Positions 38,565 to 52,040 of a stretch of DNA of 64,000 nt are shown here, piece after piece. The notes below the pieces were generated by a model. The model was not told the origin of the DNA. It saw only the letters and a list, made by a program, of their open reading frames with translations, and made no database searches. Positions within the stretch are counted from its first letter, which is position 1. Each line of letters starts with the position of its first letter. Both the position numbers and the translations under genes were made by a program. Origin of the DNA: Trichoplax adhaerens (lineage: Eukaryota; Animalia; Placozoa); contig NW_002060947.1 in the NCBI RefSeq assembly GCF_000150275.1, forward strand, positions 852,695 to 916,694, read 5' to 3'.

Positions 38565-41500
38565 AGTGACAGTACTAACCGTATTAATAAATCGATCAAT
38601 AGTGCACATACATGTAACATAATGCTTCTACAGAAATAACTTGATATATGTTTGAATATGATCTAATGTTCATGAGCAAACAGTATGTGCATTGCTAGAT
38701 TCTAGAAATTATGGATATTGGGCTACGATTTTTATCTTTACCGTTTCATTATTGCTATCTCATTAATAGTTGTAACCACAATTACAGTATTATGGACATG
38801 CTGTAAGCTAAGAAGAGTAGTATAGTAAGAATGTGGCTTAAAATACTTATGATTAAGCCTTTCAATCTTTCTAATAAAGCTAAACCAGGTCATTAACAAA
38901 TGCATTAATCATAATTATATTATTAGTACTTACTACAACCTGGGATAATGTCCTTAATCGGTAGTTACTGGTAGCACAGGTAGAGTAACCAGCACCGTTA
39001 TACTCGTATATCTGGTAATGCATGTTATATGAGATCTAACAAATTAGCACCAATACATACAAGAAAATCGAATGGCCCTTCAGTATAGCATCGCACGCAA
39101 TTTAGAGTTTGTAATGTTATTACCCAATCATAATAGCATAGATGCCCATTATGAATTTCGAGTATCAGTTTTAATTTGCGTTAGATAATAAATTTTACTT
39201 GGTCTTTTCGTACGCACTACTCATACCTATGGTTTACGAACTTTTATTAAATTCCTACTAGCTTGTACAATGTAAATATGATACCTTTAGCCTTAGGGTT
39301 AGCATCCATTCATAGTAAATTAAATTTTACGATGAAAACCCTTAACCTTAATATTATTTTAAGTCGTCTATATTTGCCATAAAAATGAATAGGTATTGTA
39401 TTGATATAATATCGTTGAAGGATATTTTATTATTTGAAACACTTAGGCCTATCTTAGTCTATATTTAGCTTAATCTCTTAATGTAATGTAATCTCGGTTG
39501 CAATTATGTTTAAGCCAAGATAGATAATTCTTATATTATTTAATATGATTTTTTTATATAAATTTGACAAGAGAAACATTTATCAACAATTTGTTAGTCT
39601 TCTCTATCTTATATCGTACCAGGCTATAAGGATTACTACCTAAAAAAACACCTACATGATTACTCATAGCTTATATAAAGCGCGGATTTCAAGAAAGAGG
39701 CCATCAAACACCTTTCGAGTGGCATATTACTTTTGTACGAGTATATCGTAAATATGCGATTTGTCTATGGTAGATGATATGACATAATTATACGATTGCA
39801 ATATAGTAAACGTTGGACTGTGTAATGATTTAGATACATTTTTGCCAGTATTAGTTAAAGTTTCTCTCATTTTCACATTATAAAATTTTGATAACAACTT
39901 CATACGACATAGCTATTTACTTACAGCTTAAGTACTTACATACAGCATCATCTTATTAAGGAGAAAACATGTTTTGAAACGAATCGTAAAAGAGGGGCTA
40001 TGATATTGAATAGGCTATTATTCATTGTTAGATGTTATGCTGCTCTTGTTGAATGCAAAAACTCTATTTTCAAAGTTCAATTTCATTGTTATCCAATCTT
40101 TTATTTTATAACAAATCTACTAATTTATATTACATTATTTGCGAAATTAAAATAATATTAAGAAACAGTAAGATAATTAACTATTATCTTTGAATTATTA
40201 ATTAATCGAAAACTTTAATCAGACTTATAGATAAGCTGTACTAACATGAATTTATTAACGCACAATTCTTTGTTTGAAGAAAACAAGAAGTCAGATTAGA
40301 GGAGAAAAACGAAGATAGCATGCTGTTTTGATTCCTACTTTACTGATGATAGCTCAATATAGGCAAAAATTCACTATGCTTGGCTCTTACAAGTACTTTT
40401 AAAGTAGTCAATAGAATCATAGTTTATAAGAATCGATAAATTCTGTTACAGAGCCAAAAGTTGTCCAAAGACATAAAGCAGGAGTTAAACTTGTTCCAAC
40501 ACACATCTTTTATAATATTTTGTTGAAACAAAGCTTTACAAAGGATATTTTTGTCGTTTAATATTAATAAATTCTTCCTTAGATCCATATCAAGTAAAAT
40601 CTGTACTGCAGTAGGCTAGAGATTTAGAAAGCTTCTTTTCTTTGCGATAAATGGTCCTACTCAAGGTATGTCTAGTAGAAGTAAAATATATTATGCTAAA
40701 ATTGGAGGTCATAGAGACAATCTGTGGCACTCTTAAAGACTAGAAATAACTTAATCAGGTCCCCATATATACCATTAAAAACCGCCTTTTAAGGCCACTA
40801 AAAAGTCAACTGAAAAAACTCATTTTTTACACAATCATTCAGGTAACAATTTTTTAATTTAGTATCACATATTAATCGTTAATTACTGGTTATTAACCAT
40901 AAATTAGTTATTAAGGACGAAAAACGAAGGTTTCATAATCTAAATATTAACAAACTTCACAGCACAAGAGACTGGATTATAGCGAAGTAAAGTTACTTTC
41001 AAGTAGTAATTTAATTTCGTTGCGCGTGTGATCAGTGCTCTGCTAAGACCTCTTTAATCAGACATTCTACTGTTTTTTCTTCTCCTCTGTTTCCTTATCA
41101 TCCTCGAGTTATGACAACTTTGACAGACTCGCATGCTTAGCTAGGCGATTTATGGATCTCACAGTATCACAGTAGTAGCGATAAATTTTTATAATTCCGT
41201 TAGAATTGACTACAAAACCGAATATATTGATATTAAAATGAAACTACTCGTACTAAAGTATTACAGAGAGTTTGGGTTTAAAATAATTATTCTAGTATGT
41301 CTATCATCATCTACAATTAGCTTCAGTTTTAAACACTTACGGTAGTACTACGATAATAAGATTATTTTGTAAAGTAATTGAGAATTCATACACAACTAAG
41401 TCAGAAAGTTCACAGAATGAGATTTTAGCACAATCCTATTTGCCTAATAAATTATATAGCATACGCGTACATCTCTGGAAACCTACGCATGCACATGTAA

Positions 41501-41861
41501 AGAATTATAGTGATTTTCTTAATTTACTTACAAAAGTTAATCAACACCTACAAAGTTTCATACAAGCGGTAACTTACACCCAGTTACTGGTTAGTCTAGC
41601 AGTTGAAATATAATTGATTGCAGACAAAAGTTTCCGTTTACCGTGATGTAGTGGACAGATATAATTCTGTATGTGTCACGCAAGTGAAAAATTAACATTT
41701 CTAGGTAATGTTTATGCGTATATGACATAATTTCTTAATAATCTAAGATCCAAGCAACATATCACAACATTTATTTTAGCATAACGTATTAGATTAAATG
41801 TAGAATCTTGCATAACTTTTCTGATCTTGAACATAGGATTGTTTCCGAAGATTAAGTAAGC

Positions 41862-42722
41862 ATGGAAAACGCCAGTAGGGAACAAAATTCTCAGCCTATT
41901 GGAAAGAAGGAGCATTCCGTCATAAATGGCAGCATTAAACGCTCAAAAATTACGTATCACCCAATCACTACGGCACTTTTAACAGTTTATGGATTTCTGA
42001 AATTGATTTATTTACGTTTTGGTGGAATGCTTTTCTATCCAAGTGATTATTTTGAAGCAGCCAATTTTGTGGATGGTCTTTTTGATACAGCTGGCCATCG
42101 AAACGAGATATCAAATTGGAATGTACTGAAAAGAAATTTATTTAATACCCAAGCTCTAGTAGCTATAGCTCAAGAAAGATATCATGTGGTAGGCTATCCA
42201 TACGTTGGAAATGACGCTCCAGTTGGTAAACTCTACACCTTAAAAGGTGAGCTAACTAATTTAGCAACCATTTTCCAGCAATCTTCACATTCTGTCCATG
42301 TACTGAACTTTGGATCATATAGCTGACCTCCATTTCGACAGAGTATCGATCGATATATCCAATTGGTCAATCGTTACAGCGCAAATGCTTCTTTCTTAAC
42401 CATTTATATTGCTGAAGCTCATGCATCAGATGATTGGAATATGCCTGATCTGAATAGTGCATTGGGTATAAATATAGCAAAGCCAAAGACTTTAGAGGAT
42501 AGAATTCGCATTGCTGAAAATTTTATTCTGGATTATAATTACGATATACCAATGTACGTCGATTCCATCGATAACGATACTATGGAAGCTTACGGTGCAA
42601 GACCTGAAAGGTTGTACATTATAGTCAATGGAAAAATTGCCTATAAAGGTGGGCCTGGTCCATACTGTTTCAGCTATAGCTCTCTGGAAGAATCGTTACT
42701 AAAAGTTTTAAAGCAGCTTTAA
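41862..42722 (+). CDS. Iodothyronine deiodinase-family selenoprotein, 286 aa, Sec (TGA) at 42324-42326, intronless CDS
   Basis: Track ORFs 41862-42326 and 42363-42722 are in the same frame. Readthrough gives VLNFGSYS-U-PPFRQ, then YIAEAHASDDW, TLEDR and YGARPERLYIIVNGKIAYKGGPGPY, which are deiodinase signatures. There is an N-terminal hydrophobic segment and a downstream SECIS. Confidence 0.94.
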
Positions 42723-43404
42723 GTAAAAGCTAATCAATTACTTAAAACTGCTGCACTATCAAACTATGAGCATGAAAAATATCGAGAGCTACATAATATA
42801 TGTAAACGGCGAGATTGATTCTGATTCAATATTGGTTAGATTAATTTACGAACTGTCGATATCAGCAGTTGTCGCTTAAACGTAAAAAAATGGCTCTATA
42901 TGATAGGAGGTTGATTAGTTATTCATTGTTTAAAAGCTAGCCTAGTTAGGACTTCAAAATTAGTGGCTTGGACTAGAATTTTTTCTACATCTAGAATACC
43001 TAAATACTTGATTATTAAATGCTTAGATATGCCAAAAGAATTTTTGTAACGGTTAAATTTTGCATATCTATAGTGGCTCTGATCCAATAGTATTTGTATT
43101 TTATTGTAACACTAAACTCTAAATAAGGGATACACTAATTTTTACATGTTGGAAGAAGTCCATTTCTGACATGTTCATTTATGCATCCCTGAAAACGATA
43201 ACGCAAGTAATTTAGATGTTAGCGTCCATCTGAGAGCATAGTCGACTATCTTACACCTTTAACATGATATCAGATTAGAAGCTTGATATAATCTAAGATC
43301 TTGATAGTATGGTACTTTACTTATAGTAAGATTGTAGTTGTAATCTAGTAGTAAAATTTATAATTCAATCAAATGCAAATGCTTCTGCTAGAATATATAC
43401 ATAG

Positions 43405-43496
43405 GCATGTTCTTGTTTCTAATTAATGATGCTGTTATGCTTCAATCTGTTCTGAAATGCAGAGAGCAACAGCTGATGCAGTAAATAAGGGCATGT
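43405..43496 (+). promoter_or_regulatory. Eukaryotic type II SECIS element in the deiodinase 3' UTR
   Basis: Helix I CATGTTCTTGTTT (43406-43418) pairs with AAATAAGGGCATG (43483-43495) using G-U pairs. Core ATGAT (43426-43430) / TGAT (43474-43477). Helix II GCTGTT(AT)GCTT / GAGCAACAGC. Unpaired AA at 43444-43445. Apical mini-stem TCTG/CAGA. AATAAA at 43573-43578. Confidence 0.88.
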
Positions 43497-46400
43497 AGGT
43501 ATTTTTTCTAGCAAATTTTTGTCACCATGCGATATTGCTTTTGAGAAATGCATCATTTCTAATTGTTATGGCAATAAATACTGATAATCACTGGTACATA
43601 TTTTAACCCAATTTTTATACCCAATTTACTCTAAACTGGAATTATACAGTAAACTTTAATGAAAATAAAGGCTTTCATGGCTTTAAATCTATTTCGGAAA
43701 TAATTAAATGAAAGTATCCATTTCTGCTCCAGCCCATCCTGCTCGTCATGTGAGAACCTCGTATTTCGTTATTATACATGTAAGTGATTTCACCACTTGA
43801 TATTGCTCTTTAATATCCTATTTCGGCAGCTATGACCAAGAATCACTAAACTCAACCTATAGATGCTGTAAAGAGTTCTCGATTTAGGGAATTAGTAACC
43901 CACGGATAAACTACAACCAGAAGGCATTATCATAAGTTGCTGCAACCACGCAAATACTAGTGGCTAAATAAGCACCGGGAAAAGCCGCTAAACGATTGAT
44001 TATTTGTACATTCTAAACAGCGCAATCATCCTTACGTATAGCATACTGTATGACGATATTTAACGCTAATCTTACATTTACAGAACAACGATTCATCGAA
44101 ATCTTAACACTAAATAATCGTATATATCGTTGTTCTAAACATACGGAGGTGTAAATACCGTAAATAGGAAGTAAATGAGTATCGTGTAAGTGAATCATTA
44201 TTTTAATATGCGGAAATTGTGAATAAACGAGAAAGAAGCGATCCTTTCATGATATATTGAAATCCAATATAGTAATGTGGCAATGTAGATCTTCATACCT
44301 TGCAAAACTGTACGAAAAGTTAGCTTAGAATTAATTATTCCGTAGTTACTGTAAATGCTAGCTATAATTTCTGACAGTCCTTACTGTATTTGGCGTGTAT
44401 GAAAGCAATTTTATTGAACTACTGTTGTTACTGTAAGCATCAAAGTATTGTCCAACTTATTGCTATATAAAGAGTATACGTCTTCTATACCCTATCTTTA
44501 AATACTAATCTAAATAATACCATGTTAGGCTACCGTACTGTACCTAAATATGGCGGTAGCATCTCGTATCGTATAAATTATTAAGTATAAATACACATGT
44601 AGATATAGATAGATGTCCAATCAGTTATGCCGTTAATACGCAGCTACATATTGACTTGATTATATATAGATATTAAAAACTTAATTCACTATAAGCCAAT
44701 GCATCTGTCAATAAGTAAGTTATCGAGCTTGGCTTGTCCAAGTCAAATCGTTCCATAATCAATAGCCAAGTCATATCTTATGATTTTTTGATTCTGTCAT
44801 TCAAAACTTTTATTGAAAAGGAGAACCTTTGACCTTATAATTTTTCTGGCTGCTGATTATATTTTTATTGATGTAAAATATCAATTTCATTTTCTTGCGT
44901 CCATAATTGCTTTTCGGTTAATATAATTGTCTGGTTATATTACGACATTATGTTACATTCTGTGATATAGTCTCAATATAAGATACGACAAATTATCATT
45001 TCCTGGCCATCAATAGAGGCGAATTTATTCTACGATCTTACAGATGCTTGTTGATGTAATCGCGATTGTAAATGTAGAGAATTTTATTAGGTAACAGAAG
45101 TAGAGATAGAGAAGTACTACAATACTCTAAATTAAAGTCCTTATAATGTAGTTTAGGAAAGAATTTCTTCATTCTATCTAGAATAGCTGGTTTAACAACA
45201 ATAGGATTAGCAGACAAGTGGAAATAATTAATTTCGTAATAGCCGATGCTACAGCGGTAAAAAAAATTAATGCAAACATTTCTGAAAAAACTACACGAAG
45301 CTAGTAAGATAAAAATTTTCGACATATGTGTATTGTTATCCCATCTAATAGCATTACATAATTTCTGTCATTGACATATTTTACCTCTTTCTTTAAGTAC
45401 TGTATTAATTTATCTATCGGGTACTTATTTTGCTTTCATATAGACATTAACTTGATAATACAAAATGGACGTAACTATGAGAATATAATAACAGTTAGAA
45501 GACACACAGTATTTTGTATACAGCATTTTGTTATCCACTAATCACTACTTTACCTTATAACATCTCGTTGTTGTTAGAATTGCTAATTGAAGCTCGTTAT
45601 GCTAGCTAAAACACTCGTGAGGTAGCTCTAGGTATACTGATTCAACTTCTATAGAGCAGAAAGCAAAATGCAAATCATCAGGAAATCATGTATGTGTAGC
45701 AAGCTGCTGGCTGGAGAACCTCAGTACAAGTTCAGTAAAGCATTACGTAACGTTCTGTTGGGGTAGAAGTTTAACATTTTCAATTTTTATGGTACTGCAA
45801 TAATATTTACTCTCCAAACTGTGACCTCCTACCATATGAGTATAGTTATTAACCTTTCGATACATAAACCTGAGAATATGAGAAAGTGTAAATAAAACTA
45901 GAATTCAAGTCCTAGGCAATGTCAACAAATAGCTACATTGCTACCGGTAACTACCTAACAATAATAAAAGCCCGGAACCTTGGCTATATCGGCCTATATG
46001 GCTAACCTGATGAGTTTTCATTCAGGGCCCATATAAGTAATTAATACCAATTTTATGCAAAATATCTACGACAAGTATGAAGGCAACATTAACTGCCTAT
46101 AAATGATTACGTGATCCAATACGTAATAAATCGGACTCTGATGACTTGATATGAGATGGTTATCGGGATAAAAAATCTCTTTGGGTTAGAAAGTTTATTC
46201 GCGTAATGCTACGAAACTAGAATTTATTAATCTAAGTTATGTTAACTAAACGGAGCCATGTTAAATGTCAGCTTCCTAGTTCTAGAATGTTGACCATACC
46301 TAAAATAAGCTGCCGTCAATAAAATCTTGCCTCAGACTTTAAGAGGATTAAAAATATCAGTGACAGATGATGAAAGGCGGAAAATACAACATTAGACATC

Positions 46401-47532
46401 GTCTACTTTATCATTACGACGCAGATTAATGAGTAAAGGCCTTGGTCGTTACATGAATATAAACGATTTATTGTTATAAGTTTGGGATCGAACGCGAACA
46501 CTCTTAAGCTTTATGAAGTAAAAATATCAATTGGAAACTTTAAATACGATCACTCTTAGAGGCAGAGTTACGAGATAGTTTCTGAGTTTGTGTTTTACCG
46601 CTGCATTACGGTCATCTTTTATATAGCTGCGGATAATTTGATGGATTTCTTTACGACGATTGCAGTCCTTAACGCACAGCAGATTCTATACGTCCAGTAA
46701 CATGACCATCACTAAACCCAGAATTAAATGTAATTACGGATATAGTTATTGTAATAACAGTTCATTCTGGTTAGTCATTTACTAAATTTGCATATATAGT
46801 CGAAAAAAGAATTACTTTACTTATTTATACATATTTACTTTACTTGGTGCATTAATGAGGCGTTGTCGAAGATTTTATTCGTCATTGCCTACAACAAATA
46901 CTGGTGGGACCCACACATAAAAGTATTACAAATAAACTAAAGCCGTATTCATTAATATAATGATTCATTACAATTAGTTCAATTGCAACAAATAATAGGT
47001 CAAAACTTCTGTATCGTTGTATTAATTATTATTATTGAATATCCATTAAGGTAGCCTAGTTATGAATAGGCGGGTGTGGGGCAAAGTCTCGGACACACCT
47101 TGAAATGCGTAGTTTGGATATTTTTAACAGTAAATCTGATTCAAATCATATTAGAACTATATAAGGCAACATGTGCATTAGGTAACTGCATTTACAACTT
47201 AAGATAAATCAGACCCTCCCTGATTGACGAGGATTAAGTTGTTTCAGGAGGCTTTTCAGTTTCTTTTTTTTACCACATATAAATAAGTGATACTTTTTCC
47301 AGTTATTTCTTGGCATTAAAAAGGTAAGCAATTGATGCTTTAGTTGTTAATTATCAGCGAATACTGTTAAAAAAAAGTAACCTGTATCAATTGCTTCTTG
47401 TCAAAGTCAATATAATTCGCCATTTCTTATATGCACCAATATGAAATCGTCTTCCTAACTCTAATTTAATTTTCTTCATGATTATTTTTTGTTACTTGGA
47501 CGCGATTTACTTTTCATGGAATGAAACGCAAG

Positions 47533-50500
47533 ATGGAAATCAGCAGTAAATATACTTGTCAGTTACCGGATCAAATTAATTTGATCGATTTCATCTTCGA
47601 ATTCAGTGATAAATACGGCGATCGTGAAGCTGTGGTAAGAATACAATTTATCCGTTTTAGCTAGTAATTTGTTTTATCGTTATTAATTGAAATAAGCGTT
47701 CAATGCAATTTTCTACTACCCTTACCCCATCATCTTTACTTTACCCAATTCAATCCGTAAGATATACTCAAGGCTAATTTATCAATTTTATAGCAGATGG
47801 GCTAGATAGCTGAATGTTGTTCTGATTTCATAAGGAAAATCATTTTACTTTCTTGACAAATGTGAACATGAATAATCTGCTTTCAGCAGTTTGATTATGC
47901 AGAATATGCCTTTTAGATGTAAGAATTAGAGGATACTTCTAACGTCAAAGTGTCGCTACAATATTAAAAACATGAACCGTTTTCATGAGATTGCGTCTAG
48001 GTAATACAAAGTAGGTACAGTGACCCCGAATTTTCGGTCAAAAAATAACTCTCAAACTATACCTTTTCTCGTAGATCCATCAATAACAATCAATAGTACA
48101 GAAATATTCACGAAAGTATGCGATATACAAATTTGGAACTTATGTTCTGCTACAGTATTAAGACTTTGAGAGATATAACAAATTGTTATGAAAAACAGAA
48201 AATCTTCCGTTTGCACGAATTGTAATTCCGTGTTCATATCGAACTTGTTGTAAATAATAACATGAGTCATAACCGATGTCTGTAAACTAGACATAAAATT
48301 AATGTGGGTGTCAAATTCGCCATCAGTTATATGAAAAATTCTAGATGAATGTTCAACATTGTTTTGCGAATTTAATGCCCTGCAAATGCCATCAACAACA
48401 GCACATTCAAACCAAAGCATCGTTCGCAATCTTAGCTCTTAATACTGCGGAAAGAAATATTGCAGATAACATTATAGTGTATAAGAGTACAACTGACGCA
48501 GTTTTAGCTTTATTTCATGTATAATTTGATTGCATTCTTAAGTCAATAAACTATAGCGCAACAATTAACGTGATTTTAAAGCTCACGGCATCTAGTAATG
48601 AATTAATAACTTTTATTATACCAATCTAATCTAATCAAAAATAATTTAAGACGTAATACAATCTTTGCAAGATTAAATGGGGCAAGATTATAAGAAATGA
48701 TAACGAATAATTCGTCAACTAGGACGAATGTAGTAATTACTGAGCCAAAATCATTTTATAACTACAGCACAATCCTAACGTGGGTTTATAATCAGTTCAG
48801 CGAACGCATCCAAGATTAATTTTGATAGCCGAATAATCACACCATAAAATTGATTGGGGCAAGCATTCAGTAATAAAGATCGGATTTTATGCTTACAATC
48901 TGCTGCATTTCAAAGTTTATTCTAAGCACTGACCAAAAAATCAAGTTCTACCTTCCTTGGCCATACTCTGCACTGCTCAAAAGTATTCTTACCATCTCGT
49001 ACATTACTCAAATAAAACTATGTATCGGTGAAAAGTACATCTTTTGCAAATTAAGATGAATCTTTCAGCATGCACACTTGTATAGTACGACAGGAGCCCG
49101 CTTGATTCGTATGAATCGGCATCTTACATCAAATTTTGGCAAAGTTTACATTGCATTAGCGTGATGTTGTATCGAGATTATCCATACCAGAAGCGATACT
49201 TGTGATAAATGCTGTAGTGATAGCCCTTAGTTTATTAGCAAAGTAAAGTTTTGATTTGATTACTTATTCTTCGCTATCGTCGAATGCTATTAATGTAATT
49301 ATGTTGAACAATATCGATAACCACTCAATTTAGTAAGTAAGCTAGTGTTAATCCCTATAAATCGATTCTTTATGAAAATTTCCCTTTATCACCTTGACGG
49401 CCTAAATTGTGGAATTAAATTATTTAAAGGCGACTTAGCACATATTGGCACTCTCACCCTTGATGATACGCGTATTCCATAATTTAGTGTAGGAGGTGAT
49501 TACTGAAAAGAAAATAACAGTCTGTGGCTTAGTCTAGTCACATAATCATAGCGCTTAGCACAAAATTTTTAATTGCATTATCAATCTGTGATGTCTTTAG
49601 TTCTTCTTAACTTTGGGTATGAATATCATTTACTTCCAGATTGACGCCGCTACTGGCCGCAGCTACACATATGCACAAATTAAGGTTTTAATGAAAAAAT
49701 TTGCATCGGCTTTGATGCGTCGTGGCTTGAAAAAGGGGGATGTTGTAGCCGTTTATTCACCCAATATCCCTGAATATCCCATCGTTTTCTTTGGTACTAT
49801 CGCTGCTGGAGCAACAGTAACGACGTGTAATCCACTATATACCGCGAAAGAGTTAGCACATCAGTTAGAGTTATCTGGTGCTTCGCATATCTTTACAGTC
49901 AATCTTTTTGCCGAGAAAGCTAAAGAAGCAGCTGCATTAAGGTATGATAGATTATTATACTGTACGATGCGAGTATTCAGTAGGCTAGCACTTGATTATT
50001 GTCTGCTTTAAAATGTTGTGGAGAAGAGTCAATTTTATTATATTATCTCTTATGTGCTCCAATCCTCTTTCTCATCATGATTTAAACTAGCCATATCTCA
50101 AATGTTTACGTTCTTGGAAGTCCTACTGGTGATGGCATTACTTCATTTCAAGATTTATTAGCGGACGATGGTAGCTATTATGTTCCAGCAAAGATCAATC
50201 CTCGCGAAGACGTAGCTGTATTGCCATTTTCTAGTGGTACTACAGGGTTACCGAAAGGCAAGTATTTAAATTGCCATTCCATTGCGAATTTACAATTTGT
50301 CTAACTTCCTCATCACATCGTAGATAAATTGTTCGAAAATGACTGAGAATATTAAGTAATCGGTGTATCTTGAACTCGGATATTTATAGGTGTTATGCTA
50401 ACTCACTATAACATCATCAGTAATGTTAGCCAAGCTGCTATGAAGCCTTTCTTCAATGTCGACACTGATGATGTTATCCTAGCTCTGCTGCCTTGGTTTC

Positions 50501-52040
50501 ACATTTATGGTATGGTTACTATACTATTTGTTGGAATTCGCTATGGATCTAAAGTTGTATCAATGTCAAGGTTCGAACCAAAGGCTTTTCTAGAGTGTAT
50601 CCAAAAAAATAAAGTAAGCAAGATAACTGGAGCAACTACCACCTTGATTCAATCTTTTAATCGCTCGCTACAATTCGTCGTCATGATTTCTTCTATTTTG
50701 GTTAAAATTAATGTTGTTTAGATCACGGTTGCACCCATTGTACCTCCAATTGCCGTTTTCCTATCTAAACATCCACTGGTATCACAGTTTGATGTTAGCA
50801 GTCTTAAAGATGTTATAAGTGCTGCAGCCCCGCTGGGGAAAGAAACACAATCATCACTTACCAGCCGATTGGGTGTTTCGGTTAGACAAGGTAAAATATC
50901 GTTTTGATCGTAAATACCAAGCATCAAAATAGGATTGCAAGTTAAAATCTTTATTCGTATTCGAATAATTTTCAGTCATACTGTTTAAATTAGCAATATC
51001 ATAATTAACATCAACCGAAGATGCAAAATGGTAAAACAATTTTAACATCGTAGGTTTCGGAATGACTGAGCTAAGCCCTGTTGCTACGGTCTCTCCAGCC
51101 AATGAATCTGTTCCTGGCTCAGCTGGAATTCTCGTTGCAAATACCAAAGGAAAGGTAACAATAGTAACATTAATGACCAACGATAAAACTTTAGCAGCGA
51201 AGTTCTCTTCATAAACTGCTTTTATGAACATAAAATCGAGACAGTTAACAAGAAGATTTTTATTATAATTTAATTTTTCGTTGAAATTGCTTTATTGCGA
51301 CATGATAGGTTGTGGATATCGAAACAGGTAAAGCTTTACCTGCCAGAAAATCTGGTGAATTGTGCTTTAAAGGCCCTCAAGTAATGAAAGGGTATTTGAA
51401 AAACCAAGCAGCAACTGACAAAACAATTGATCAAGATGGATGGCTACATACTGGCGATATTGGCTACTATGATGAATCGGGAAATTATTTCATTGTTGAT
51501 CGATTGAAAGAGCTGATCAAATATAAAGGCTTTCAGGTACAATTTCTCTAGTTTACTTTAAGGGTTGCTGTTTTCGTTAATTTATTGCTTATTATGTTAT
51601 CACATACGAGTATATACCTAATATGTAACAGTCCATGCTAGCTACTTAAGTATACCACCATTGCACATAAAAACAACTACTAAAATCAGCCCCTATTATC
51701 ATTACGTTATTTTATCCTCCTGAAAATTTAGGTTCCACCTGCTGAACTAGAAGAATTACTTTTAACTCATCCCAAGATTGCTGATGTCGCAGTGATAGGC
51801 ATTCCTGATGTAGACGCTGGTGAGCTACCAAAGGCTTTTATAGTCAAAAAAAGCGATGATTTAATAGCTGAAGAAGTTATACAGTTTGTTGCTGGAGAAG
51901 TGGGACCACATAAAAAGTTACGAGGTGGCGTTGAATTTATTGAGGCTATACCTAAGTCAGCTAGTGGTAAAATTTTACGACGCCAGTTAAAAGCTCAAGA
52001 AATTGAGAAATATAAGAAAGTCAATTCAACTCGATTTTAA
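47533..52040 (+). CDS. 4-coumarate-CoA ligase/luciferase-like acyl-CoA synthetase (ANL family), copy 1
   Basis: Exons: 47533-47634, 49640-49941, 50091-50257, 50390-50613, 50722-50890, 51054-51154, 51309-51536, 51732-52040. Motifs [66 protein letters not shown]. An alternative in-frame ATG lies at 47521. Confidence 0.95.

Noticed and set aside
41862-42722. Deiodinase as a nonsense pseudogene or as two genes
   Set aside because: The TGA is at the catalytic Sec position and a SECIS is present downstream.
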